A stretch of DNA of 56,136 bases from Folioceros fuciformis (taxonomy: Eukaryota): positions 20,294 to 76,429 of the forward strand of contig JBNGIO010006235.1 of NCBI GenBank assembly GCA_049999805.1, read 5' to 3'. The notes under the pieces are model-generated. The model was not told the origin of the DNA. It did not search any database and saw nothing but the letters and a program-made list of their open reading frames with translations. Position 1 is the first letter of the stretch, and every line of letters begins with the position of its first letter. Positions 1-10,543 of this stretch are shown piece after piece. The translations under genes and the position numbers were made by a program.

Positions 1-1
1 T

Positions 2-1414
2 CAGGAGGAAGAGGAGAAAACCGGGGAGGCTGCGGTCAGGGTGGTGAGCTTAGACGTGAAGATGCTGGATTGGATTGCCATGGCGGTTGCTTCACATGCT
101 CTTGCCTGCACCAAGAAGCTGTGGAGGGAGGAGTCGGAGGAGTGGAAAGGGTGGAGGAGGTTTGTGGGCGGTATTAGGTGGAATCCGAACAGGAATGCCC
201 CAGTTCGAGTCCGGCTGCTGTCTGCTAGGGAGATGGCGGACGAAGTCAGGAAGCGGTGGGGTGAGCTGCCGGGTCCTGAGCAGCGTGGGACTTGGGCGAG
301 AACAAGAGAATGGCATGGTTGGTGGCCGATGACCAGTGTGATGCCCTCCTCGTTGATGCCACCGGAAGATGCTTGGGTTCTTGAGTATGTGCCTGCACAC
401 ATGCTGCAGATTACTATGGAGAGGGCAGAAGTTGAGGTGGAAGGGGGGAGGAGTGTGAAGAAGGAAGGGCCTGGCTGGTGGACAGTTTTGCTTACCCATG
501 CTCAGATGGTGGAGCTTGCGAATGTTCTGGATTGCTACTACGATGATCCTTTCACTGTTCCTGGGAAGAAGTTGAGTTCTGAAGGAGAGCTGCTGGTGCC
601 CTTGGGGTCCCGGGGTGGGGTAATACGGGCTGCGACCATGTCTGGGGCTGCCATGCTTGTGGGAGTGGCAGTGCTGATTGGTGTCTTGGTGGCATCCAGA
701 CTCCGGAGCGGGAAGCTCCAGAGCAGCTCTGTCCTACCTGCTGCTGTCACAAGCGTTTTGAGACCACTGTCCATGGCGGCACGCAATCGGAAACCGTTGC
801 TGCCAATCAATGACCAGTTACCTGGGAAGGAGATGGAGGTGCTATGCCGAGTTGTGGTAGCCATGGTGAAGGATGGTATTGGCTGGACGGAGGAGATAGT
901 GAGCAAGGCTGAAGAAGGTGCGTGGATGGGGTTGGACCTCACCAAATGGGAAAGGCCCCGAGAGGCCACCACAAATGAGCCTAAGGGGAGTGCAGACATG
1001 ACATCAAGTTTTGAAATTGTTGATGAAGTGAAGCCAGAAGATGAAGTCAGTAGTTCTGCAGTTCTTAGTGATGCAGCACGTGTGGTTGGAAGTGAAGTTG
1101 GCTCATCTCCTGGTACTGGTCCTGCCGATGTTGGTGACATTGCATTTCCAGCGGAGAACGTGCTCGTGTACCAGGTGGTCCTTGCCCGGGATGGGCAGGT
1201 TATAGGGTTCTCGCCTGTGAATACCGCTGCTATTCAGTGCTGGTCTCAGTTCCCGCTGGCGAATGCACTCTATGATGGGAAGAAACTGAAACCTGGGCTT
1301 TTGGAGAGAGTGCCCAAGTACGCCGGGTCTCCTGATGATGCTGTCGTCATAGAGCTTCTTTACCTGGATGACAAGGCTGCTACATCTGTCACTGCGAGAC
1401 CCTTTCAACTCTAG
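2..1414 (+). CDS. ANU10: 3' part of a plant-specific protein resembling chloroplast ANGULATA10 (frame open from the window edge, start outside window)
   Basis: Uninterrupted frame 2..1414 with one hydrophobic segment (AAMLVGVAVLIGVLVA). C-terminus YQVVLARDGQVIGFSP...PLANALYDGKKLKPGLLER...VVIELL...ARP resembles my recollection of the At1g28530/ANU10 C-terminus. Confidence 0.55.
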   Translation, partial: QEEEEKTGEAAVRVVSLDVKMLDWIAMAVASHALACTKKLWREESEEWKGWRRFVGGIRWNPNRNAPVRVRLLSAREMADEVRKRWGELPGPEQRGTWARTREWHGWWPMTSVMPSSLMPPEDAWVLEYVPAHMLQITMERAEVEVEGGRSVKKEGPGWWTVLLTHAQMVELANVLDCYYDDPFTVPGKKLSSEGELLVPLGSRGGVIRAATMSGAAMLVGVAVLIGVLVASRLRSGKLQSSSVLPAAVTSVLRPLSMAARNRKPLLPINDQLPGKEMEVLCRVVVAMVKDGIGWTEEIVSKAEEGAWMGLDLTKWERPREATTNEPKGSADMTSSFEIVDEVKPEDEVSSSAVLSDAARVVGSEVGSSPGTGPADVGDIAFPAENVLVYQVVLARDGQVIGFSPVNTAAIQCWSQFPLANALYDGKKLKPGLLERVPKYAGSPDDAVVIELLYLDDKAATSVTARPFQL

Positions 1415-4124
1415 GAGAACGAGGTTCGTCTTTGCATCACGGCTTCCACCTACTTCCATTTTGTCCGGATGTCTCAAGAAGTTTGGGTTCGGTTTCTCAC
1501 CCGGGAATGGGCAACCACGCTCGAGCAATCAGGTATAACAAGTTTTGTTGATCTTACCTGCTGGGAATGCCTTTGAACTTGAATTGAAGATGGGTGCCTC
1601 CTTGGGTGGTGGGTACCGGGTGCAGGAATGCATTTGCGAGCTTGATCGCGTACAGAGTAAGTAGAGCAGGCTCCTCTCTGATGTCTCGTTGGGCAGGTAC
1701 GAGATGCACTCTCCGAGGAGGCACGAGATCGTCGCGGACTCAGTTGTGTTCCCTCCTCAGATGCATGCCCAACAGATTTCTCTCTTGCGTGCTTGTTGTT
1801 TCAATTGATGCAGGAGATGGTGATCCATTTCCAGAAGAAGAGCGGACAGCTCGAACCACTTTTTCTGATGAAAAGCATCCGAGCAGGTACACTTCCCTGT
1901 GAACGTGGCTAGGAAGCTTTCTCTTTGTCTGTATTACATACATAACATGGGAGATGCCCCAACGCAGCATCCAGCCGCCTTAAAAGTTTCTCCCACCAGA
2001 TGCCTGTCAGTGAAGCTGCTCTCACGAGAGAGTGCCTGAGAAACTGAAGCAGAACGATGTTGCTTTCGCGACCAGGCGGAGCTCCGTGAGGCTGTGACAC
2101 GAGGGCAAATGGCCGTCGCAACCAGCTGCCAAGCCTCTTTCCTGGGAGCATCCTGGTGATGTGTGGAAGAACATGCACACCAGCTGGGCAGAGGGCACGA
2201 CAGGTACAAGTGCTGTCAGCCACGCTGGAATCTTCGCCTCTCCATATAGCGTAAGGGCCCATTACATGAAAGGCATGCCCAGTACGTTTACACCTCCCCC
2301 ACAACCATACAGACCTCACTTATTGTCCTTCACCGTCTTTATCCTCTCCTACAGGCCATCATGCATGTGGAGACGTTCTTTTTCCTTCTCCCACTGCCTC
2401 CAGCAAAATCTCACCCTTTCTCTGGCCTCACCGAAAGCCTTACCGTGACCAAGGACACCAAATCACTGCAGGTACCTGCCGTCCTGCGGTGGCCCTCAAA
2501 AGGTTTTCACCCACCCTGTCGGCAGCTTAAAGCACAGCACATTACAGCCTATCACAGTGGTCTCGCATTTGCCGCAATCTGCAAGCACTGATCCTCCTGG
2601 GGGCAGGTGCCAGGGCCTGTGCACCGTGTGTCGGTGCCATAGTGAAGCCAAAGGTTGGGCCGGGGAATTTGGTGTGGTGAATCTTTGCTCCGTGTACCCC
2701 AGACAACTAGAGGATGAAAACCTTCGGGGTGGGGCCAACCCAACCCTGACAGATTCGCCCTCCCAACCTATGGCCGCTCCATGGTGACACAGTCAACAGA
2801 CGCAGCCAGATTTTTAGTAGTGTATTGTAGGCCCTGCCAGCCCCTCCCCTGTATTCCCTCCCGCATGCATGTTCACGATCCCACTCCGGGGTTCCCTTCC
2901 ACACTAGGTAAGGACACTTCAGTGCGGATCTGTGACAGGTTTTCTATCAAACATGGTTTGGTGCGCTGATGTCACAGCCAGGGCATGTGGCCCGCCACCT
3001 CCATCAACCTCTCCTTCGCCATGCTTTTCTTAGCTGGTTTGGTAGCCTGGACTCTTCAATTCCCCCTCACCACTGAAATCTCTCACAGACTGCCTCCCCT
3101 TCTTGGTCACTGCCGGCCTCCAGTCCTATTGTCGGTCACCGGTCCCACTCGCCTCTGTTGCACCAGCCGAGCGTCGCCATTGGCAAATTTGCGATGCCGA
3201 CGCCACTCCAAGATAGCAGCTAGGATCCTCCACATTCAACTCGTAGATAAAAAGGCGCCAGCCGGCCGACGAGGAAGAGCGTCGTGTATTTCCTTATGGC
3301 TCGGATTAGGCGCTAGACCGTCTTTGAGTTCAGCTCTCCATGCCGCTTGGCTCGTAAACGCTCGAGCTTCCCGTTCATTCCATTCTCTTTCCTTCATCTC
3401 GCGGCTCATGTCCGATACCCTTGTCAAGGTGGGAGACCAATTTCCGCTTCAGGTTACGGTAGTTTAGCATCCGTAAGCACTCACAATAGACTTCACCCGC
3501 ATTACGTGCCCTATTACAGTGTTACAGGGTAGACTCTGTTTTAGGATTGCTCTCACTTCTCTCTCTGTCAGTGGTTCGCCTCTCGCCCACACGTACCCGC
3601 CTCGGCTTTAACCTCGCACGTGTGGGACTCGGCATTCCTGCTTGGGGCCTGGCTGCATCAGTCTGTGCTCGCTCCGGCGGATTGCTCTGCGGAGAGGCTC
3701 GCTGCAGCGTATTGCTGTGGCGCGATCGGGGCGGGGGCGAGCGCGCCGGCGGGGAGTGGATCGAGCTATCGGAGGCGGGAGTTCGACGAGATTGTGGCGT
3801 AGTGTGGAGCGGGGTGGAGGAAGAAGGAGGAGAAGCAGGAGGAGGAAGGGGAAGGAGGAGGAGAGGTGGATTGACGGGGGAGAAACCCTGGCTGCTGATT
3901 GTGGCCAGCTTCGGACTGTGTTCGTGGTTGGAGGAGGTGCGGGAGCGGGATTGCGCGCTGATCTGGTGGTGAATGCGGCCGCGCTGGTGTGGAGGGGGAG
4001 TGCTGTGGTAGGTATGCGAGAAAGGGCGTAGGATTTGTGTGGGATCCGGGGTGGAGATGGATGCGGCGTAGGTTCAGGTGTATCTGCAGGTTAAGGCACG
4101 TGGACGGCTCGTGTTGGAAGGGAG

Positions 4125-5500
4125 ATGGTCTTGAAGATCATGAAGCTTAGTAAATCGAAGTCGAGTGTGAGCGCTTCTGCTTTGAGCGGGAGTGCCGGTG
4201 ACGTACCGGAGATCGAGTTTGAATTGCGGCCCGGCGGGATGCTGGTGCAGAAGCGGGAATTTGTGGATCCTGCGCTCTCGTTAGGGCCGCTGATCAGGGT
4301 GAAGGTGTCGCATGGACTGTCGTCGCACGAGATCAGCGTCCCGCAGCAGGCCTCCTTTGGTGAGTGTCACGGCTCCGTGCAGGTGGTGCGGTTTCCAAGA
4401 GCCTGGATCGGAGGGACTGGTGGTTGGATGAGTGGTTTCGCAATTTGTGTTGCTGTGGTTGTGTGTAGGTCTAGGGTGTGTGTGGTCTGTAACCGTCTAT
4501 GTGACGTTGTGTGTTCTACGAGACAGTGTTACGCGTTGTCGAATTCGGGCATTGCATGTCGGGCCCGTTCCGGCGCTTCACTCCGTCTGCAATCTGTTCA
4601 AGGTTCTGGTTCTGTGGGCCAGTTTGAGAAGGATAGTGGTGATGGCTGACGAGGATGGTGTTTGGCATTGACAGGTGATGTTAAGAGGCTGCTAGTAAAT
4701 GAAACCTCTCTACAGCCAAGTGAGCAAAGACTGCTTTTCAGAGGGAAGGAGAAGGACGACAACGAGTACTTGCATGTGGCTGGGGTGAAGGATAAGGGCA
4801 AACTTATTCTGGTGGAAGATCCAGCGAGCCGAGAGCGCAAGATCCAGGCCAAGCGGAAGGAGGAGCTCATTGCGAAGGCATGCAAAGCTGTGGCTGCTGT
4901 GCGATCAGAAGTTGACAGATTGGGTGGAGAGGTGAGCGTCTGTACCTCTGACTAAGCCTCCCGAGCACAGCAACAGCGCACAGTGATCAAGTTGAACCTT
5001 TCTTGACTGGCCTTGCATTGTCTTCGTATGTGCTCCAGCTTGGTAGCCTTCAAGATACTGTTTCATCAGGAGGGAAGGTTGAAGATCAAGAGTGTGATGT
5101 ACTCACTGAAAAGTTGATGATGCAACTTCTGAAGTTGGACACCATCGATGCTGATGGAGACGCCAAAAACCAGAGGAGGGTGGAGGTGAGGAGTCTTTTG
5201 TCGAATTGAAACTGACGCCACGCTGTCTGAGCATGCGTGATCGCCAGGCTGTGCCCACTTCCATGCTGACTTCTCTGCTCTGACCGTGTGCAGGTGAAGA
5301 GGATACAAAATTATGTTGAAGGCTTGGATGCTATTAAGGAGCGGATGAAACACCCTCCCACCTTGCCAAACTCCGTTATTGTGACGACACGTTGGGAAAC
5401 GTTCGACAGTGGCGTCGGCAGCTTGAGTGCCCCTCCTTCCTCAACAACGCCATCCTCTGCCCTGGACCATTTGACATCCGAATGGGAACGGTTTGACTAA
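4125..5500 (+). CDS. BAG-family co-chaperone (ubiquitin-like + BAG domain, BAG1-4 type); exons 4125-4359, 4675-4931, 5039-5185, 5294-5500
   Basis: Motifs EFELRPGGMLVQKR, QRLLFRGKEKD..EYLHVAGVKDKGKLILVEDP, LTEKLMMQLLKLDTIDADGDAKNQRRVEVKRIQNYVE and VTTRWETFD. GT-AG introns join in frame. Confidence 0.93.
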
Positions 5501-6402
5501 GGGTTCTGCCGGCTGCTCCTACTCTGTCCAAGCCTGCAGAGCTAGAGGACGACGTGACGATCTTTGTGCAAGGCAAGGCTGTCGAGAAGGAGTCAGGAGG
5601 GTGATCCCAATGTTATATAGTATTTTTTAACTCCTCATCCTTGTCGTTGGGGCAACGAATAAGTAGTGGGATCAAGAAGGTTGTGGCAAGTTAGCAGGTT
5701 TCATCCGCCGGTCAAATTTTGTACACATATAATTTATTCATTTTTGGTGGGGACGGGGTCCTTGACTCGCAGGCTGCTTCCTTTGATTCTGATTTTCTGT
5801 TCCTGTTTATACGAAGCTGTCCACTTCCTTGAGGGATGCTTGATGGCAAATTGAATATGTAGAGGAACCCAGGTGTGCAGAAGTCTGGTTCTGGCGTCGA
5901 GATGCATACAAGCCTGGGATTGGCTTTTTATTTTCTTTGAACTTATAATACCAGACAACATAGAGAACGAAGCAACGAGAGTTGGTCCATAGACGTCTGC
6001 GCAATGGAGATGAGCCTCCAGAGGGTCCACACTATGTAAAGACCTACTTGCTGTCCACTACACCTGACACAGTGTACACTGTTTAAGCTTGGAAAAACCC
6101 TTGCACTAAAAAAGGAAACTGGATTGTTGCACTTTCTCCCCTCGCCACACCCTTTCGGCGAGGAGCCTCCGTTCCGTTACATTTGGGGGTGGACCAAATT
6201 GCACCCTAGCGTCTGGGAGAGCGTGTTATGTGCCCGCCAGCTGCGACGACTCGCTGTGCGATGTTGATGCGAGCGTAACGGGAGCGTTGTGTCGTGTGGC
6301 GGCTATGGGAATGTGTGAAGAAGTGGCCCAACCCTAGAGCCGAGGCGATGGCAACAGTCTGAGTCTTGAGAGGAAATTTGGTGCAGGACAGGCGCTCCGG
6401 AG

Positions 6403-7513
6403 ATGCCTCCACGGAAGAGGCCAGCAGCAGCAGCGGCAGCGGCGGCAGAGGACGGGGATGCAGACGCGTCCACTTCCGCTCCAAAGAAGAAGCAACGGGG
6501 GGCAGGGGTGAAGAAGGAGGTGAAGACGAAGGAGAGGAAGAAGGAGGAGGTGAAGAAGAAGGAGGCGAAGTCAGTGGTGGAGAAGCGGGCCAGCCGGTAC
6601 ATCGCGTCTCCCAACGCGCAGACGCTGGAGAGAATTGAAAGGGCCTTCAGTCACCGTCTGTACCTGATTGACAAGGCGGTGGTTGGGGAGCCCGAGGCAC
6701 CCGAGGCATGCGAGTTCGTGGTCCTGGGGAACACGGGGAACGTGTACACTGTGAAGGTGCAAAAGAAGCCGCAGTGCACTTGCCCAGATTTCATGAGAGG
6801 CCATCTCTGCAAGCACTACCTCTTCGTCATGCTCAGGGTGCTCAAGCTGAAGACGGACGACCCTCGCATCTGGCAGAAGGCGCTGCTGTCCTCCGAGCTG
6901 TCAGAGCTGCTTACCAATCCTGCAGTCGGGGACGGTGTTCGCGCCAGCCACACTGTCATTGCACGCTTCCAGGAGATTACCGGTCGTAAAGTCTCAGGTA
7001 AATGGATTTGCATGCGACAATTGCTCCCCCCTTTGATGTACCTGTGGATGGGAGGAAGGAATAGTTTAGGGTTCGGCAACAATGACATGTGGGGACGGGG
7101 ATGTCGGTGGTGCAGGTGAGCTGGGCACATCGCAGGAGGACAACAGTAGCAAGGGCGTGCAGAGGCCGGTGGAAGGCGACTGTCCTGTTTGCTACGAGCC
7201 CCTGGTATCCACCACCAAGAAGAAGTCTGAGCCGGTGGTGTTCTGCAAGAGCTGTGGGAATAATGTGCACCGGGAGTGCTTCGAGCTATGGAGCAAGAGC
7301 AAGGGCAAGGGGAAGGTAACGTGCATCTACTGCAGAGCCGTGTGGGTGGACGAGTCCGTCTCTCTATCCGTCCCTTCCAAGGAGGGGCGAGGTGGCTTCG
7401 GAGCAGAGTATGTGAACCTGGCAGCCTATTCTGAGACCCACGCTGGGGCCGAGACCAGTTTGGAATCACTGTACCCGAACTCTCACGAGTTCATCAGGAG
7501 GAGGAGGAGGTAG
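6403..7513 (+). CDS. SWIM zinc finger + RING finger protein (ZSWIM2/MAP3K1 N-terminal-like); exons 6403-6997, 7116-7513
   Basis: SWIM motif VLGNTGNVYTV...CTCPDFMRGHLCKHYLFVMLRVL and RING motif CPVCYE...CKSCGNNVHRECFELW...CIYCR. The phase-1 GT-AG intron 6998-7115 joins the frames. Confidence 0.9.
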
Positions 7514-7577
7514 CGCTTATGGCTGGCCAGAGGGATGGATGGGTGGATCCCATTTCAGGAAAAGAAGGAAGGGCAGC

Positions 7578-7830
7578 TACTGTAGAGCCGTGTCGGTGGA
7601 CGAGTGTGTCTCAGCATCCGCCCCTTCCTCTTGAAGGAGGGGGGAGGTGGCTTCGGAGCAGAGTATGTGAACCTGGCAGCCTACCCTGAGACCCACGGTA
7701 GGGCCGACACCAGTTTGGAAGCACAGTACCCGAACGCGCACTAGTTTATCAGAAGGAGGAGGTAGTGCATAAGGCTGCCTGACCGGATGAATGGAAGGGT
7801 GGATTCCAAGTTAGGGCAGGAAGGAAGGAT
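7578..7830 (+). repeat. Degenerate tandem duplicate of the last ~250 bp (CDS end + 3' flank) of the SWIM/RING gene
   Basis: tactgtagagccgtg...gtggcttcggagcagagtatgtgaacctggcagcc...aggaggaggtag repeats 7328-7577 with substitutions, indels and a premature stop. Confidence 0.9.
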
Positions 7831-9328
7831 GTCTTCTCGGATGCGGAAGACGGATGAATGCCGCCTCCATTAGGTAGAGTGTACAAATTTCTTGCGGAGG
7901 TAGTTGTGCTCCTGAGCGAGGACAATAGTGTACATCCTGACAGATTACTGACTCGCATTAACACTTTGACTGAGGTAGGATATTTCTCGGCCTCAGGCAT
8001 GGCAGCAACTGGCAAGTTATGAGTGGTAGAATTGTTAAGAGGGGCATGTGTATGAGTTGGCTGTACATGACTTACACAGCTCACCTGCTCTCCGCTGGCG
8101 TGGGGGAAACGGAAGGGAGCAGGAAGTGATGTACAGGCTTTCATGGCGGTGATGAAAGGAGGGATGGCTACCCATCCCCACCCTTTGTTTGACCCGTTAA
8201 GACTTGGGAGCCCATGATCAAGATCTAGACGGCTTGCATGTCGCTACCGAACTCATCATCGAGGTCGGCGTTTTGAGCTCATCCAAAAGACGCTCCATCA
8301 TTCTTGCCTGCGAAAACCCCTGCATCGTTGCGAAACATTTAGAGTCGATGATTATGATCCATGACCGAAAAGGAAGTAGAAGTCTAAGTCAAAGGAAGTT
8401 CAAATGCGTGTCGCCCTCGTCCTGGAGACTGGTGGCGTCTGGTGCGCAGTGTCCTGCAGATGTTTCAGACGAAGAAGCAAGTTGATGAGTTTGTCCTTTC
8501 CGTCTGGACTTTGCAGAGACTCGGAGACAGTCCCTGTCTGCAGATCTCTCCCGCAGATATCACGGCCATAAAACAAAGTGAAATGGCAGGCAGTGAGCAT
8601 GGAGCGAATCGGGCGCGTTCCGCTGGGAATCATCGTCACATCGTTGAGACCAGTATCAGATAGTTAAAGCCGGTCCGGTAGCCCAAGGAAAGAAGAGGGA
8701 GAGGAGGAGGAGCTCGTGGTGCAATAGAGATGGACAACTCGGCTAGCGACATCTACACTTAGTCTTATATTAGTGATAATGATAATATAATGAGGACAAA
8801 GTGGCCACCTATCGCAAAAGAGTACTGTGTCTTCCGGTGTCCAACTGAGCTACTTACAATAGGATAAAACACGTCTAAGGAGAATCGGATTCGAGAACGT
8901 GAGCTGGTTTCCTGGCAGGTTGAATGCAACCAGAGTCCAGGAACGTCAGTCAAGAGCTGTGAAGAAAAGGGAATCGATTCTCTTGTGACATAAAAAAACA
9001 CTTCCGCAGCTACACTACGATGATGGAGGTCGAGAACCCTATGGCATTACAAAAAAATGAGCGTGCCGAGAATGGAGTTGGCTGATGACCTCCATAACGA
9101 CAGAGGAAGCAAAGGTAGATAAGCTTAGTAGGTAGCGGGATAGGGGAAAAAAGATGAAGGTGAGCGATTGCTTCCTGCGGCACGTAGTCTGTATTTTCCT
9201 TGAAGGTGAAGCAGCAAGTGACGGACGCTTTGAAGGGGAGAGGAAGATGACCTAGTGTTGTAGTCGCTCAAGGTCCCACGGCGATGGAAGCTGCATGCTC
9301 CTGAGGTCGAGGCTGAGACCTGGCGATA

Positions 9329-10543
9329 TCATACACCGGCCAAGGCCAGCTGCAGGCTGGAGAAGACGAGCAGAGAGAGCCAGGCGATGAAGGAGAGGCA
9401 GGGACGTGTAGAATGGCCGGCGCCATTGCCGCTGGGGCTGCTGACGGATGCGCTGGAGTCGCTGGCCGGGTAGGGGCAGCCGGCTGTGCTGGGATCGGTG
9501 TTGGTTGTGGTTGCTGTGCCGCTGAAATCGCATGTGGTGGACGCGAATCCGTGCGTCTGGTAGTAGGAGTTAAAGGCGTAGGAGGCGTGCGCCAGCAGAG
9601 TGTTGGGCGAGAAACAAGCCTGTCCTGATTGCAGAGGAGCGCAGTCCGCGCCTCCCGGGCCACACGCCCAGTTCAGCGCATCCAGCAGACTTTGGGAGTT
9701 GGCATTGCTCTTGGCGATACACCAGGTGCGCAGCGTCGCCAACTGCCTCCTCCTGCTCCCACTCTTGCTCTTTTTCAGGCTCCCACTCCCTGCCGCTGTT
9801 GTTGTGCCATGGACATCTTCATCTCCCGGCAATGCCAGAGAGAACGGAACGGTGCCACGGGCACGGAACCGTGAAGGCGAGGAAAAAGATGCTGCTTCTC
9901 GTGGGAGGCCGAAGGAGTTGGAGTCATGATTGTCCTCGCCGGATAGCGTGGGTGCACCTGAGGCAGCCTGAAGGGCGCAAAAGACAGCTACATTGTCCGG
10001 CGCCATCGCCAGCAGGTTGGACAAGGTCGACCCGACATTGGACAGGAGCAGCGATGGCGGCACGCGCAGCAACACCGCCGAGGAGCGGAAGGCGGAGGTT
10101 TCGGCCGCGCCCAGGCTGCCTGGCAAATGGAGGTGGAGCTTCGAGGCCGCTTCCTCCACTGCGTCACCCGCCATACCCTGGCGCAGCACAGACATCACCG
10201 ACAGCAGCTCGTTTCCGTACCAGGCATCCTCCTCGGCCGCCGCCCCGTGCTGCGTAACGGCACGGAGCCAAGCCATGGCGACCACGGGCTTCGCCATGCC
10301 CCCGCGGGGCACGGCGATCACCACTTGGTTTCCCTCCTCAGCGCAGGCCCGCAGCACAGGTGCATACTCCGGTCCTCGCAGCCCTCCCACCAGCAGCGCC
10401 GCAGCTCCGTCGCCATGGCCGGCGGACTCCTCAGCTCTGCCTCGTATTTTTGCCGCCGCCGCTTCCGCCCCCCTTGCCGGGCCCGGCCCCAGCAGGATCG
10501 CGGCTAGCAGCAGCAGCAGCGGCGGCGGCAGCGGCCGTTGCAT
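9329..10543 (-). CDS. Secreted, likely GPI-anchored X8 (CBM43) domain protein with a degenerate GH17-like N-terminal region; single exon, ~404 aa
   Basis: ATG at 10543 gives a signal peptide (MQRPLPPPLLLLLAAILLGPGPARG). X8 motif WCIAK...ALNWACGPGGADCAPLQSGQACFSPNTLLAHASYAFNSYYQ...CDFSGTA...DPS..GCPYP, followed by a hydrophobic C-terminus. Confidence 0.88.
   Translation of the reverse strand: MQRPLPPPLLLLLAAILLGPGPARGAEAAAAKIRGRAEESAGHGDGAAALLVGGLRGPEYAPVLRACAEEGNQVVIAVPRGGMAKPVVAMAWLRAVTQHGAAAEEDAWYGNELLSVMSVLRQGMAGDAVEEAASKLHLHLPGSLGAAETSAFRSSAVLLRVPPSLLLSNVGSTLSNLLAMAPDNVAVFCALQAASGAPTLSGEDNHDSNSFGLPREAASFSSPSRFRARGTVPFSLALPGDEDVHGTTTAAGSGSLKKSKSGSRRRQLATLRTWCIAKSNANSQSLLDALNWACGPGGADCAPLQSGQACFSPNTLLAHASYAFNSYYQTHGFASTTCDFSGTATTTNTDPSTAGCPYPASDSSASVSSPSGNGAGHSTRPCLSFIAWLSLLVFSSLQLALAGV

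Noticed and set aside
1500-3500. Several 60-160 aa ORFs between ANU10-like and BAG
   Set aside because: No recognisable motifs or consistent exon chain; it may be a decayed gene but I cannot support that.
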